A stretch of 64,000 nucleotides of DNA, taken from assembly GCA_041695085.1 (NCBI GenBank), contig JBGFRO010000041.1, positions 78,245 through 142,244 of the forward strand, written 5' to 3'. Of this stretch, positions 63,352 through 64,000 are shown in pieces. Numbering within the stretch: position 1 is the first letter of the stretch; every line of letters starts with the position of its first letter. The notes beneath the pieces were generated by a model. The model made no database searches and was not told the DNA's origin. It saw nothing but the letters and a program-made list of their open reading frames with translations. The DNA is from Bacteroidota bacterium. GTDB taxonomy: Bacteria > Bacteroidota > Ignavibacteria > UBA10030. The position numbers and the translations under genes were made by a program.

Positions 63352-64000
63352 ATGCAACGAACGCGGCGCGTTCTTCGTGTCGTGCTCCTTCTCACACTTA
63401 CCGTCTTGGTGACGCACCCTCTGATTGGTCAGAGCGTACAGCTGACGGTGCCCGATACCACCGCGCAACGCGGAGATACACTGCTCGTGCCGGTGTATGC
63501 ATCTTCGCTCACCGGACAGAATGTTTTCGCGGGAAAACTCGTTCTCTCGTACAACAGTGGGATGATGTTTGTCTCTGGCATCGAAACCGCGGGAACACTG
63601 CTCCAGAATGGCCCGATCGTACAATTCAACGCAACGACGCGCCAATTGGCCTTTGCAACTCACCAGCCCTTAACGGGATCAGGTGTGCTTGTTCGTCTGA
63701 AGGTCGCGACATTTGCAGCGCCGTCGACAATGAGTGATTCTATCAAGATCACCTCTGCTCTCTTCAACGAAGGATCCCCGGCAACCGTCATCGACAACGG
63801 ACGGTTTCGGTTTCTGAGCATCACGGTTGCCCCGAAGACGCCGAGCGTGACACTGGTTGTTGGTGACACGCTTCCGTTCTCTGCTTCAGGCGACGTTCAT
63901 CCTCCGCTCAGTTGGTCTACGTCAGATGCGGCGGTGGGTACGATGACAACCACCGGAGTGCTCCGGACGCACGCTGTGGGACAACTGAAGGTACTCGTCC
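63352..64000 (+). CDS. Secreted protein with N-terminal cohesin-like domain and Ig-like (Big_2) domain (runs off the window edge)
   Basis: Manual translation, open to the window end: MQRTRRVLRVVLLLTLTVLVTHPLIGQSVQLTVPDTTAQRGDTLLVPV...LSYNSG...ETAGTLL...PLTGSGVLVRL...FNEGSP...DNGRF, then ITVAP...LVVGDTLPFSASG...WSTSDAAVGTMTTTGVL. Confidence 0.75.
   Translation, partial: MQRTRRVLRVVLLLTLTVLVTHPLIGQSVQLTVPDTTAQRGDTLLVPVYASSLTGQNVFAGKLVLSYNSGMMFVSGIETAGTLLQNGPIVQFNATTRQLAFATHQPLTGSGVLVRLKVATFAAPSTMSDSIKITSALFNEGSPATVIDNGRFRFLSITVAPKTPSVTLVVGDTLPFSASGDVHPPLSWSTSDAAVGTMTTTGVLRTHAVGQLKVLV

Overview
Bacterial chromosomal window, most likely from an Ignavibacteria/Chlorobi-like member of the FCB group. 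This is inferred from FCB-type insertions in RpoB/RpoC, a T9SS/FlgD-type C-terminal domain, and strong Shine-Dalgarno use. About 33 kb on the minus strand (9.8-43 kb) is the core translation/transcription supercluster: five tRNAs, rpmG, secE-nusG-rplKAJL-rpoBC, and the str, S10, spc and alpha operons followed by engB. The left flank has a TonB-dependent receptor with a long leader, a small lipoprotein, a 7-heme cytochrome/TPR lipoprotein coupled to a cytochrome P460-like lipoprotein, and serA with a class V aminotransferase. The right flank has a DUF2723 glycosyltransferase, glnE, a phenylacetate-type lower pathway interrupted by a Cys-motif module, and a giant beta-helix/dockerin/cohesin/T9SS protein followed by a cohesin-Ig protein. 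The most unusual signal is non-coding: a highly structured ~370-bp repeat present three times, each copy flanked by a short direct repeat. One copy lacks an end and one carries two nested foreign modules. Several other small inverted-repeat elements occur, with no transposase in the window. All calls are from reading the sequence; no searches were run.
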